Positions 7,453 through 16,471 are shown, counted from the first letter of the stretch. The stretch is DNA of 34,221 nucleotides from a virus (IMGVR_UViG_3300033141_004964:1-34221); one strand, 5' to 3'. Notes: a model not told the origin generated them from the letters alone. Translations and numbers: made by a program.

Positions 7453-8078
7453 AGCGTCACCGTCCAGTAGCCGCAGAAGCACGCGCTACCCGGGCTGGAG
7501 GCGTGCTCGTCGCACCAGCCGGGCGGGTAGGTGTTGCCGCTACAGTCCTTCATCACCAGGTCGAACGCCCCCGTCAGTTGCCCGCCCACGCACGAGACAT
7601 GTTCCGTCACGTCCTGCATGTCGGCCAGGCACGAACCGATGAAGCAGCTATCCGGGCAGCCCTCGCACGGGTCCACCAGGACGCTGGGGCCGGTGTAGTA
7701 CAGCCCCGCTTCGATCCGCACCCCGTCCGGCTTGCTCGCGTCGGTATAGCAGCCGATCCATAGCTTGTAGTAGAACGTCCACGTCTCCGGGTAGTATGGG
7801 TGGTCCACGAGCCGCCGCATTTCGTACAACCACTCGGTCCAGCCCGTCCCGTACCACTTCATGCAGAGGTGTTCGTACGTTCCGTCGGCCAGGAACTCGA
7901 CGTACCACCACGGAGCGTTGTCGTTGTAGTTCTCGATGTTGTCATCGTTCACCGACGGCGTGCCGACCCAATCGCGGCAGGCCTCGCAGCAGTTGCCCGC
8001 GATGGCGCAGTCGGTTGCCAACACACCACCGGTCGGACGTGTGAGGATAGCGACGTCGCCGGCCATGATCGGAGCCAT
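7449..8078 (-). CDS. Cys/aromatic-rich putative tail-tip or receptor-binding protein (209 aa)
   Basis: Start at ATG 8078 (TAATG overlap); NCCEAC near the N-terminus, many W/Y/C; last large gene of the tail operon. Confidence 0.65.
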   Translation of the reverse strand: MAPIMAGDVAILTRPTGGVLATDCAIAGNCCEACRDWVGTPSVNDDNIENYNDNAPWWYVEFLADGTYEHLCMKWYGTGWTEWLYEMRRLVDHPYYPETWTFYYKLWIGCYTDASKPDGVRIEAGLYYTGPSVLVDPCEGCPDSCFIGSCLADMQDVTEHVSCVGGQLTGAFDLVMKDCSGNTYPPGWCDEHASSPGSACFCGYWTVTL

Positions 8079-8872
8079 TACGTCACCTCGCACGGGCCGG
8101 TGCTGAACGCCACCGACCGCGTCTCTACCGATACGGCCACGAGCGCGCCCAGCGAATCGTAGGTCGGCGTGCGGATGAACTGGTAGACCGGATCGCCGCT
8201 CACGCCCGACCAGTACAGCCGCATGGGCATGAACTGCACGCCGTAGAATCCCGGCTCCTGGGCGTCGATGGCCCACTCTTCGGTGTCTGCCGTCTCGCCG
8301 CTGCCGCCAAGCACCTTGGGGTCGCCGGAGATACCTGCCCGAAGCGGCTCGCCCAGCCGGATCACAGCCCACTTCAGCCCCGTTCCGCTGTCCTTCCATA
8401 GGATCACCGCCGAACCGGACGCGCAGCTTGTCAGCACCGGCTGTCCGGCAGCGATGTCGGCGAACTGGTGGCCGGCGTCGGTGACGTTCACCACGGCCGG
8501 GCACACGCCCGCTGCGCAGGCCTTGCCGATCTCGCCCTCGGCGATGGGTTCCAGCAGAACGACAAACTTGCCCGCATGGCTGGCTGCGGGCGTCACGCCG
8601 ACTAACGCCACTTGGTTGGCAAAGCTGTCTGCGGCTTCGGACGGTGTGAAGATAGGCGAGTCGATTCCCAGGACGGTAAAGCGGGCGGCATCCGCGCCAC
8701 TGGCGTTCTTGACGGGCACGATGCCCGTCTGGCGGAACGCCTGCGTCGGCTTGGAGCCCGTTCCCTGCTGACGCTGTAGATAATCCCTGGCCGCGTCAAC
8801 GAAGGTGTTGAACGTGGCCGCAGGTATGTCCAACGGCTGGCCGGGGCGTACCTTCTTCAGGTGGTCACCCAT
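8078..8872 (-). CDS. Minor tail protein
   Basis: Second gene after tape measure; beta-rich composition; coupled to neighbours. Confidence 0.7.
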   Translation of the reverse strand: MGDHLKKVRPGQPLDIPAATFNTFVDAARDYLQRQQGTGSKPTQAFRQTGIVPVKNASGADAARFTVLGIDSPIFTPSEAADSFANQVALVGVTPAASHAGKFVVLLEPIAEGEIGKACAAGVCPAVVNVTDAGHQFADIAAGQPVLTSCASGSAVILWKDSGTGLKWAVIRLGEPLRAGISGDPKVLGGSGETADTEEWAIDAQEPGFYGVQFMPMRLYWSGVSGDPVYQFIRTPTYDSLGALVAVSVETRSVAFSTGPCEVT

Positions 8873-8875
8873 GGG

Positions 8876-9706
8876 TCACGTCCCTATCCCCAGACCCGAG
8901 AAGTCACCTTCCTCGTAGACCTTCTCGATGTAGACGGCCACGGGCTTCTTGACGATGGCCTTGGCGGCAGAGTCCTCTGCGTCGGCGTAGCGGACCCACA
9001 TGTACTCCCAGCCCTTCTTGTCGATTCCGCCGATGTCGCCGACCGTCAGGCCGGTGCGGTTCTCACTGGCCGCGAAGCGGAAGCTGATCTCCCAATCCTC
9101 GTCGCCTCGCTTCGATCCGGACGCGCCGAGGAACAGCACCTCGCCTGCGGCAAAGCCCTTGAACGACGCGTTGTTCACTCGGCCGGTGAGCGACCGCAGC
9201 GTTGACTTGTAGCCGCCCGTTACCACGCCATCGGCCAGGTAATGTGTCTCGGAGAAGTTGTAGACGGGCACTGTGATGTCCACGCCTTCGACAGAATCGT
9301 GCGTAACGCCGACAGCCCCCTTGAAGTCGGGTGCGGTCTTGCCGGCCGGGGCGTACTTGTTGACCGTGCTGATCGACTGCGTGATGTGCTGCGTCCCGCC
9401 GCCGGTGTCGAATGAGAAGGCCGAGTCGCCCGTATCCGGCGGCTCGCTGTCTTGCGAGGATCGGGCGTAGCGGACAGTTCCACTCCAGATGCAGGCGTCC
9501 GGGTTGTTGGCGTCCATCACGACCGGCTCGATCTGACTGGCCTGACGAGTGAGGTACTGGTAGCTCGAAGGTGCTTCGCCGAGCATGGCGTTCTTGGCGT
9601 CCACGTCGCTGGCCGTGCCTCTGACCTGGTAGCTGAACGTGACGGACAGGTTCGCGCCCGTCGTCCATTGCCTGCTGTCGGGGAGCTCTTCTACTGTGAT
9701 TGCCAT
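8876..9706 (-). CDS. Distal tail / tail-tip hub-like protein
   Basis: Immediately follows tape measure; beta-rich (GRVNNASFKGFAAGEVLFLGASG, WEISFRF, KKGWEYMWVRY). Confidence 0.7.
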   Translation of the reverse strand: MAITVEELPDSRQWTTGANLSVTFSYQVRGTASDVDAKNAMLGEAPSSYQYLTRQASQIEPVVMDANNPDACIWSGTVRYARSSQDSEPPDTGDSAFSFDTGGGTQHITQSISTVNKYAPAGKTAPDFKGAVGVTHDSVEGVDITVPVYNFSETHYLADGVVTGGYKSTLRSLTGRVNNASFKGFAAGEVLFLGASGSKRGDEDWEISFRFAASENRTGLTVGDIGGIDKKGWEYMWVRYADAEDSAAKAIVKKPVAVYIEKVYEEGDFSGLGIGT

Positions 9707-9716
9707 AGCTCGCGCC

Positions 9717-11501
9717 TTATGAGAACGTCAGGCCGCTCGTGTTCGCCTTGTCGAGCAGCTTCTTCGTGTTCTTGGCGGTTTCCTCGGTGGCCTTGGCCGT
9801 GCGGTCGGCGGAATCGCCGGATTGCAGGCCGAGAAGCGAGGCAGCATTGAAGGTGCCCGTCACGCCAATCTTTGCCGCTTGCTGCGATAGTTCCATGCCA
9901 CCCAGTTCGGCCGCCGTCTGAAGGCCCGACAAGTCCGGTGCCTTGATCTCGATTGCACCTTCCAGACCCAGCAACTTGCCCAGTGGTGTACCGCTCATCT
10001 TCTCGCGGAACTCCACGTCGTGTGCCTGCCAGTCCTTCGAGAGCTGCTCGCCGAGGGCGGCCACCCGGCCGGAGAGTTCCTTCTCAAGAGGACCGATCTG
10101 GCGCGCCGCGATCTTGGGCATCTCCTTGATTGCCGACTCGAAGCCTTCCAGCAGCGGCGTCCATTCGAAGTTCCATCCTTCGCCCTTCACGAAGCCGATG
10201 ATCGCATCCCACAGGGCCTTCAGGTTGCGGCCGATGTTGACGGCCACGGTCTTCGTGAATCGCCACATCGTGGTGAAGATGTCCCGCCAGTTCTCGGCGA
10301 ACCACTTCAGCGTCGCGGGGATCACCTCGACGAAGAAGTGCTTCACCTGGGATGCGAACCGCACGATGTTCAGCACGCCGGCCACAGCCGCGTACTCCAG
10401 CACCTGCCGCCAGTTCTTCACGGCGAAGACGACTGCCGATATGGCGGTGACTACCGCCCCCTTGAACCAGCCGAACGCCTTGCCCAGCCACTCGATGGCC
10501 TTGCCGCCCAAGTCGGTCGTGCCGTGCAGGACAGCACCGAGCGCGACCACCGCACCGATCACCAGCCCCAGAGGCGACAGGATGAAGCCCAGCACGGTAG
10601 CCAGGCCGCCGAGAACCGTTCCGGCAAGTGAAATGGCCGTGCCCAGCGCAGCCAGTGCGACGCCGCCGGCCACCACTATCGCCGCTACCTTCGCGATGGA
10701 CACCACTACCTGCCGGTTGGCCTCTATCCATGACTTGGCCTTGACGCCAATGGACGTAAGGATGCCAGCTAGCTGCTGAAGCGCCGGGGCCAGCGCGGCT
10801 CCCACTTGGAAGACGCCCATCTTGACGACCTTCCAGAGGGCGTCCATTGCGTCGGTGAAGTCTTCTGCGGCCTTGGCGTCCTCGCCGGACATCGTCAGCC
10901 CAAGCGCCCGGGCCTGCTGCTGAAGTTCCTCGATGCCGGCGGCTCCGCTCGCGAACATCGGCAGCAGGTTCGTGCCCGTCCTGCCGAACAGCGTCATGGC
11001 GATGGCCGCGGCCTTCGTGGGATCGGAGATCTGCGAGATCGCGTCGGCCAGCTTCTTGAACTGCTGCTCGGGAGATAGGCCTTCGAGATCCTCGAACGTC
11101 AGGCCCAGGTCGGCGAGGGCATCGACGGCCGTGGACATGCCCCGCCCGGCGTCGTAGATGCTCCGCTGCATCCGGCGAAAGCCGGTCTCCAGCGCCTCGA
11201 TGGACGTTCCGGACTGGCTGGCGGCGTACTTCAGCTCCGAAAGCGACTCGACAGACAGGCCGGTCCGCCTGGCCATCTTGGCAACCTGATCGCCCATGGA
11301 GCTGAACGCCTTGGCCGCCCCGAGCATGGGCGCAAGCACGGCCGTGCCGAGACCGGCCATCTTCAGGCCCATGTTGCGGACGCTCGCGCCGAACGCCTTG
11401 AGCTTCCTCTCCGCCGCCCTCAGCCCGCGCACAAGCTTGCTGTCGTCGGCGAACAGCTCGACGAACGCACGACCGGCTCGGATTGCGTTAGAGGATGTCA
11501 C
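9717..11501 (-). CDS. Tail tape measure protein
   Basis: AIRAGRAFVELFADDSKL N-terminus; Ala/Gly-rich helical repeats; central hydrophobic segment. GTG 11501 with AGGAG RBS is the preferred start. Confidence 0.9.
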   Translation of the reverse strand: MTSSNAIRAGRAFVELFADDSKLVRGLRAAERKLKAFGASVRNMGLKMAGLGTAVLAPMLGAAKAFSSMGDQVAKMARRTGLSVESLSELKYAASQSGTSIEALETGFRRMQRSIYDAGRGMSTAVDALADLGLTFEDLEGLSPEQQFKKLADAISQISDPTKAAAIAMTLFGRTGTNLLPMFASGAAGIEELQQQARALGLTMSGEDAKAAEDFTDAMDALWKVVKMGVFQVGAALAPALQQLAGILTSIGVKAKSWIEANRQVVVSIAKVAAIVVAGGVALAALGTAISLAGTVLGGLATVLGFILSPLGLVIGAVVALGAVLHGTTDLGGKAIEWLGKAFGWFKGAVVTAISAVVFAVKNWRQVLEYAAVAGVLNIVRFASQVKHFFVEVIPATLKWFAENWRDIFTTMWRFTKTVAVNIGRNLKALWDAIIGFVKGEGWNFEWTPLLEGFESAIKEMPKIAARQIGPLEKELSGRVAALGEQLSKDWQAHDVEFREKMSGTPLGKLLGLEGAIEIKAPDLSGLQTAAELGGMELSQQAAKIGVTGTFNAASLLGLQSGDSADRTAKATEETAKNTKKLLDKANTSGLTFS

Positions 11502-11584
11502 TTGAGCGGCTCCTGCACGCGAGATGCTTCCACGCGACAAATGGGTGTGGTACGCTTGCTTAACGAAGCCCGAGGTCCTGCGCT

Positions 11585-12265
11585 ATGAACTACAGACAAG
11601 AGGTCCGCCGCATCTCTTCGAAGTGTCGGGCCAGCCTCGACCTCAGTCGGACCGGCGAAGACTTGGCACATCTGCACTACCCCTGCATCCCTCTCTGCAT
11701 CATTGACGCCGTCTTCTCCATCAATGCGCGAGCGCAAGCTACGGCAAACGTGATTGAACGGTACCGGCGACACGCGGGGATTGGCAGCAGCCGTGAGCAC
11801 ACGGTTCAGCAGTTCATAGAAACCGTAGATGCAGCTGGTGGTGCGGAGCGGTTTGCCTCGGAGGTATTGCACAACCGCCAGCGAACCAGCCCGAGGGGAG
11901 GAATACTCAAGGCAGAAGTTGCTTTGATGTACGGTCATGTTCTAACGGAGTTCCACGTCAACCGTCGCAGAGACATTCCCAAGATCATCGACAGCGACAG
12001 ATTCTCACGGCGTATCAGGCTTCTCCCTGGGCAAGGCGTGTCCTCGGATTTCTTCCTGATGATGTTGGGCCGCGAGGATCTGGTGAAGCCGGATCGCATG
12101 GTTGCCAGGTTTGTGTCAGACTGTCTCGACAGCAAACGCGTCGCTCCCGTCATGGCGGCCCACCTCCTTGCAGAGGCAGCCAGAGATCTGCAACACGACC
12201 ATCCGCACATGACACCCCGTCTCCTGGACTGGCTTGTGTGGGACTACCAGAGCGATTCTGGCTAG
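11585..12265 (+). CDS. HhH-GPD-like (DNA glycosylase fold) moron protein
   Basis: LCIIDAVFSI, NRQRTSPRGGILKAE, HhH-like LPGQG, KPDRMV (catalytic Asp position), LDWLVWDYQ; opposite strand to the tail operon. Confidence 0.65.
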   Translation: MNYRQEVRRISSKCRASLDLSRTGEDLAHLHYPCIPLCIIDAVFSINARAQATANVIERYRRHAGIGSSREHTVQQFIETVDAAGGAERFASEVLHNRQRTSPRGGILKAEVALMYGHVLTEFHVNRRRDIPKIIDSDRFSRRIRLLPGQGVSSDFFLMMLGREDLVKPDRMVARFVSDCLDSKRVAPVMAAHLLAEAARDLQHDHPHMTPRLLDWLVWDYQSDSG

Positions 12266-12309
12266 TGGCCGTCGTTCTCCGTATGGCTCTGCATTCGAGC
12301 GTCATACCG

Positions 12310-12537
12310 TCACTCCCCGTCGTCCAGCGGCAGCGCATACCAGCCTTCGGGCAAGTCCATCTTCCCGGCGACTGGTTCGCCGCCGGAGTCCTTCACCCAG
12401 ACCTTCGCATCCTTGACGGTCTCGCGCAGACGTACCGGCGTGCCGTGCGGGACATAGATCGTCCGCACGCATCCCGCGCAGGTTGGCAGCAACATGATGG
12501 GCAGAAGGAACGGTATCAGTCGCCTTAGAAGCTTCAT
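12310..12537 (-). CDS. Small lipoprotein (o-spanin-like)
   Basis: Signal peptide with lipobox-like CAGC; follows holin and a small membrane protein. Confidence 0.6.
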   Translation of the reverse strand: MKLLRRLIPFLLPIMLLPTCAGCVRTIYVPHGTPVRLRETVKDAKVWVKDSGGEPVAGKMDLPEGWYALPLDDGE

Positions 12538-12689
12538 GGTCTGCTCCAGTGCTTACGGACCTTGGCCCGCAGTTTGTCACGCGTATCGCGATCCGGGTCG
12601 GCGTCCTCCGCCGTGGGCCGCGATTGCCTGGCAACCCACGGCAGAAGGGCCTGGAAGAAAGCGGTCAGGATGGCGACGAGCCACTTCAT
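12534..12689 (-). CDS. Small N-terminally anchored membrane protein (i-spanin-like, 51 aa)
   Basis: MKWLVAILTAFFQALLPW; TGATG and ATGA overlaps with flanking genes. Confidence 0.55.
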   Translation of the reverse strand: MKWLVAILTAFFQALLPWVARQSRPTAEDADPDRDTRDKLRAKVRKHWSRP

Positions 12690-13069
12690 CACGCGGCCTT
12701 CGAGTCGCTCAGTCCGCCGAAGCGGTCCAGGTCGTTGTGTGTGATCTGGATGCCTTGCTTGATCTCCTCGACGAGCTTCGCCGACGGCTGCTTGCCGTTG
12801 TTGGCTTCCGCGTATGCATCGATAACGAATCGCAGAGCTGCGTCGAGCTTGGCCAGTCCGGCGTTGGGGGTGTCGTCGGGAATCTGTTTCTCTGCCAGCT
12901 TGATGCCGGTGATGATGCTGCCCTCGTACTTCTTCCACGCTTCCTGGAACGGGTTGAGCTTGCTGGCCAAGAAGATGAAGAATCCGACCACAGCTGCCCA
13001 CGTCACGGCGAAGCCGAAGCCCGAGTTGAGGAACTTACCGATGGCCTCGATGATTGCGCTGACGTCCAT
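12689..13069 (-). CDS. Holin-like protein (LL-H type)
   Basis: One N-terminal TM helix, then IKLAEKQ...AKLDAAL...VEEIKQGI pattern typical of LL-H holins. Confidence 0.6.
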   Translation of the reverse strand: MDVSAIIEAIGKFLNSGFGFAVTWAAVVGFFIFLASKLNPFQEAWKKYEGSIITGIKLAEKQIPDDTPNAGLAKLDAALRFVIDAYAEANNGKQPSAKLVEEIKQGIQITHNDLDRFGGLSDSKAA

Positions 13070-13070
13070 G

Positions 13071-13490
13071 TCATTGTCCTTTCCGGCCTTGCCCTTGTAG
13101 GAAGGCCTGCTTCAGAGTTCCGATGTTCTCGCTGTTCACTTGCACGACCTCGCCTGACTCGCGCCCGTACGGGTCATAGTCCGACGGCTTCAGCGCCCGG
13201 CCCTTCTTCGGATCGCGGTGACAGTTGGCCGTCAGTGCCAGCAGGACCGACAGACGGCTCCACTCGTCGCGGCCGTGGCCTTCGGCCATCCACAGCAGTT
13301 GCCGCAACGTCAGCGGTCGGGGATCGACGCGGAGGCCTCCGGCAATGAGCCAGACATCGCGCCATCTATCACTTCCTGCACGTCCATCCCGCCGATCTTC
13401 TCTTCGATTGCCTTCACGGCCGCGTCGATCATCGCCGCCTGCGTCTCCACGGCGCGGGCCCGGTCGGCCCGGCCGCGGCTCTGGAAAAAA
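13071..13490 (-). CDS. Tail assembly chaperone C-terminal (gpT-like) frame, probably made by -1 frameshift
   Basis: -1 frame relative to the gpG-like gene; contains VDPRPLTLRQLLWMAEG...ANCHRDPKKGRALKPSDYDPY. Confidence 0.6.
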   Translation of the reverse strand, partial: FFPEPRPGRPGPRRGDAGGDDRRGREGNRREDRRDGRAGSDRWRDVWLIAGGLRVDPRPLTLRQLLWMAEGHGRDEWSRLSVLLALTANCHRDPKKGRALKPSDYDPYGRESGEVVQVNSENIGTLKQAFLQGQGRKGQ

Positions 13491-13780
13491 CCCACGAGCT
13501 CCTCGTAGAAGGCCTTCTGCGCCGCCAGCAGCGTCGCCCCGTCGAAGCCGGCCCGCACGTCCGCGGCTGTGACCTTGTTCGCCTCGAACTGGCCGGCGAG
13601 CAGCGCACAAAGCACCTCGCCGAGGAGCATCTCGTCTGTGCCCAGCCGCGTTAGCAATGGAGGGTCTCCCGCCTCCGGCTGGAGCAGGTCCACGCCGAGC
13701 GCGTCCTTGACGGCCATGGCCGTGCCCAGGTTAAGACTGATGGTCCAGTTCCGTCCGTCTGCGTCGGCGAATGCCTTCAC
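13310..13780 (-). CDS. Tail assembly chaperone (gpG-like)
   Basis: Directly after the major tail gene (TAGTG overlap); contains slippery GGGTTTTTTC. Confidence 0.75.
   Translation of the reverse strand: MKAFADADGRNWTISLNLGTAMAVKDALGVDLLQPEAGDPPLLTRLGTDEMLLGEVLCALLAGQFEANKVTAADVRAGFDGATLLAAQKAFYEELVGFFQSRGRADRARAVETQAAMIDAAVKAIEEKIGGMDVQEVIDGAMSGSLPEASASIPDR
13484..13493 (-). other. Slippery sequence for programmed -1 frameshift
   Basis: G GGT TTT TTC gives two in-frame X XXY YYZ heptamers; the -1 frame stays open to 13071. Confidence 0.55.
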
Positions 13781-14223
13781 TATGCACCTCCGACTTCGTG
13801 CCATTCGACGAACACGGCCAGCTTCGCCGTCACGTCAGCGACGATGGCCTCTTCCAGAGATTCGTTGCGGGAGAAGTTGGTGATGGCGAAATCGCCCAGC
13901 GGACCTTGTGCGCCGCTGACGGACACCTTCTGGTCCAGCACGGCCAGGGCGACCGTGCCGGCCGTGAGGAAGGCGGCCTTGATCGCGTCGAAGACCGCAT
14001 CGCCCGGCCGCCAGACCATCTGAAACTCGACGGTGCACTCGCGGAGGGTCGGAGCCGTCGCACGCCAGCCGGAGTTGCCCCGCGTGGTGATATCCGCTTC
14101 GCCCGCCTCCATGTTGAGCGTCACGTCGCGCACGTTGTCCACCTCGGTCATGCCCGATGGACTTGTCTCGCCGGCCGCTCCCTGGTACAGCCCGGCGTTC
14201 ATGCCGAGAACGTAGGTTGCCAT
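13780..14223 (-). CDS. Major tail tube protein
   Basis: NVRDVTLNMEAGEADITTR...WRATAPTLRECTVEF...ITNFSRNESLEE pattern; position before the chaperones. Confidence 0.85.
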   Translation of the reverse strand: MATYVLGMNAGLYQGAAGETSPSGMTEVDNVRDVTLNMEAGEADITTRGNSGWRATAPTLRECTVEFQMVWRPGDAVFDAIKAAFLTAGTVALAVLDQKVSVSGAQGPLGDFAITNFSRNESLEEAIVADVTAKLAVFVEWHEVGGA

Positions 14224-14236
14224 TGCGTGTCACTCC

Positions 14237-14674
14237 TTACCTGACACTGCCGGCCCACATGGCGGGCAGCTTGGGTTGCTCCTTCTCAAAGGCCGGTCCC
14301 ATGTATGGACGCGCCTTCATTCGCACACGTCGCTTCCTACGATGGCCTCGCAGGCCTTCGACGATGGTGGACGTTCCGCCGTGCTCCAGCGCCTGCGGCG
14401 CGTCGCCGATCTTCTGGTTCAACCGCTGCGGTCCTATGACCACGCTTCGCCGCTGCCGGTCGTAGCCGAAGAAGATGAACCGCCTCAGCAGGCCCGTGTG
14501 GCTGCTTGGGGGCTCGCCGGGGGCGCTGATGCGTTTCCGTTTGCGGATGGAGGATCTTGCGCCGCGCCTGACGAACGCCCCGAAGCGGCTAAAGACCCTC
14601 CGCGTCGCACGGTCCACAGCGCCCGTGACCGCCTTGCTGTCGAAGAACATCTGCTTGGTCACGAAGCGGATCAT
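14237..14674 (-). CDS. Neck / tail-completion protein (HK97 gp10-like)
   Basis: Basic protein with SAPGEPP, TGLLRR, LEHGG, ARPYMGPAF; ATGA overlap at start. Confidence 0.8.
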   Translation of the reverse strand: MIRFVTKQMFFDSKAVTGAVDRATRRVFSRFGAFVRRGARSSIRKRKRISAPGEPPSSHTGLLRRFIFFGYDRQRRSVVIGPQRLNQKIGDAPQALEHGGTSTIVEGLRGHRRKRRVRMKARPYMGPAFEKEQPKLPAMWAGSVR

Positions 14675-15786
14675 CTGCGGTGCCCCCTCGCCGTGCTGGT
14701 AGACGTGGACGTTCCGCCGGGTACTCCGTCGGACGGTAGCGTGATCTCCAGAAAGGCCGCGTTGTCGCCGGTCAGGTCGTAGCCGTGATAGCGAGGCTGC
14801 GTAGGAGGCGTCGGGGTGTCCCACGGGTCGATGATGCACAGGTGCAAACCGTTACCCGCCGGCCATTCGCCGGCTGCGACGATGTCCGGCGACTTGATCC
14901 ATCCCGCCCCTTCCTCGGGGGCGCTCTGCCAGTCGATTCCGATCGGGTGAGCGGCCACAGCGTCCAGGATGTCGGAATAGTTGTCCGCCTCGGTCAGGCC
15001 GCCCGAGATGCCTGTGCTGTTGGCCAGGCGGATGGCGGTCGGATCGGCGATGCTGTCATGCAGATACATCCGGGCCGCCAGGGGGGCCTGGTACTCGGTG
15101 ATGTCGAAGGCCATTAGCGAGCGGTCTATCGCGCAGAAGCAGTCCTCGCGGACGCGGGTGGTGATGCCCGTGCCCTGCCAGGAGCTCTCGGCGGCGGCTT
15201 GTATCACGGCCCACTGGCCCGGCGCATCGTCGCGTGTGTAGATGCGCACGGCCATATCGCCGTAGGTCAGGCGGACGGTCTCCGGGTCGAGGTTGATCTC
15301 GTCGATCCCAGCCGCTTCGGCGTATGCCTTCGCCTTGGCCAAGCTGAGCTGCACCCGTTTGGCGGCAAGGTCAATCGAGCAATCCTTGCCCAGCCGCAGC
15401 TTCCAGGCGTCGAAGAACAGACCGCAACGCAGGCCCTCGATATCGGGGAACTCCAGGCCGTCGGCGACGACGCTCACGTTCCTACTGAAGTCCACGTCGA
15501 ATGCCAGGCCGTCCGGGCAGGACGCGGGCGTGAGGACTGGCCCGAAGTGTGTAGCTGTGACGACATCGCGCTTGGTCGCCAGCGCCAGTGCAGCTGCGTC
15601 GGTTGCGCTTGGCCGCAGGGATATCCAATCGTCGGCCAGGCGGACAACGTAGGCTTCGCCGTCCCGCTTGACGCTCAGCAGGCTATCGACGCGCCGCCAG
15701 CGGCCTTCGTAGCGGGCGAACTTTGGTCCGGCGTACAGCCGTGCGCGGCTGCCGATGGTCTCGGTTGTGGCGTTCAGGACGGCCAA
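14671..15786 (-). CDS. Accessory virion-associated protein (371 aa)
   Basis: TTG start with GGAGG RBS; INLDP linker then beta-sandwich-like C-terminus (DRSLMAFD). Confidence 0.6.
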   Translation of the reverse strand: MAVLNATTETIGSRARLYAGPKFARYEGRWRRVDSLLSVKRDGEAYVVRLADDWISLRPSATDAAALALATKRDVVTATHFGPVLTPASCPDGLAFDVDFSRNVSVVADGLEFPDIEGLRCGLFFDAWKLRLGKDCSIDLAAKRVQLSLAKAKAYAEAAGIDEINLDPETVRLTYGDMAVRIYTRDDAPGQWAVIQAAAESSWQGTGITTRVREDCFCAIDRSLMAFDITEYQAPLAARMYLHDSIADPTAIRLANSTGISGGLTEADNYSDILDAVAAHPIGIDWQSAPEEGAGWIKSPDIVAAGEWPAGNGLHLCIIDPWDTPTPPTQPRYHGYDLTGDNAAFLEITLPSDGVPGGTSTSTSTARGHRR

Positions 15787-16100
15787 TTGTCATCCTCCGT
15801 CACGAGCACGGTTTCGTCGGGAAGCACCACGGACACCGACTGCTGCCCAGCCGGCGCCAGCAGGCGCTTGGCCAGGCCGAGAGCGGTCTCACGCTGAATA
15901 TGCGGCTGGCCCGGAACGTCGAGCAGGCCGATCACGAAACCATCCTCGCTGCCGTTGGCGTGAACGTAGCGCGTGGGCGTGACGCTGACACACAAGCGCA
16001 AGGCGGTTACGGCATGACAGACGGCCTCATCGGCTATCGCTCGCCTGCTAGGGGCGACGCCAAGCTCTATACGCGCGAGATGTGTCGGGCAATTCCTCAC
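15774..16100 (-). CDS. Hypothetical phage protein (108 aa)
   Basis: GTGA overlap with upstream gene; CVSVTPTRYVHANGSEDGFVIGL motif. Confidence 0.55.
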   Translation of the reverse strand: MRNCPTHLARIELGVAPSRRAIADEAVCHAVTALRLCVSVTPTRYVHANGSEDGFVIGLLDVPGQPHIQRETALGLAKRLLAPAGQQSVSVVLPDETVLVTEDDNWPS

Positions 16101-16459
16101 GATGCCACCGCTCCGAACGGCGTCCATGTGACGGTCGAGTCGCTCGCACCGACCGGCTTGGCGTAGAGCTTGGTGCAGCCGGCGCAGTCGATCTGGTGAT
16201 TGCCCTCGGCCTTGTAGCCGCAGCCGACGTTCGACGGATCGCCGGCCTCGACCTTGGCGACCAGGTAGGTTTCCTCGGAGACGCCAACGTGGAGGTACTG
16301 CACGTCTTCCGGCAGGTCGATTGCCGTCCATTGGCCTGCCGTCGCTGTCACCGCCGCAGGTGCGGCGATAGCCCGGAAGCCGCACGCCAGACGAACCATC
16401 AGAGCGCCGGTCTCGTCGTCTACCTGCACGTCAGCGGAGTTGAGCCACTTCTTTGCCAT
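16097..16459 (-). CDS. Hypothetical beta-rich virion protein (120 aa)
   Basis: AGGAG RBS; coupled within the head-tail region. Confidence 0.6.
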   Translation of the reverse strand: MAKKWLNSADVQVDDETGALMVRLACGFRAIAAPAAVTATAGQWTAIDLPEDVQYLHVGVSEETYLVAKVEAGDPSNVGCGYKAEGNHQIDCAGCTKLYAKPVGASDSTVTWTPFGAVAS

Positions 16460-16471
16460 GTCGTTCGGCTC

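Noticed and set aside
7449-8078. Diversity-generating retroelement target (Asn/Tyr/Trp-rich tail gene)
   Set aside because: No reverse transcriptase and no template/variable repeat pair found in the window; a remote DGR cannot be excluded.
8079-8504. Arg-rich N-terminal extension of the 351-aa ORF
   Set aside because: Overlaps the upstream tail gene out of frame; TAATG coupling supports a start at 8078.
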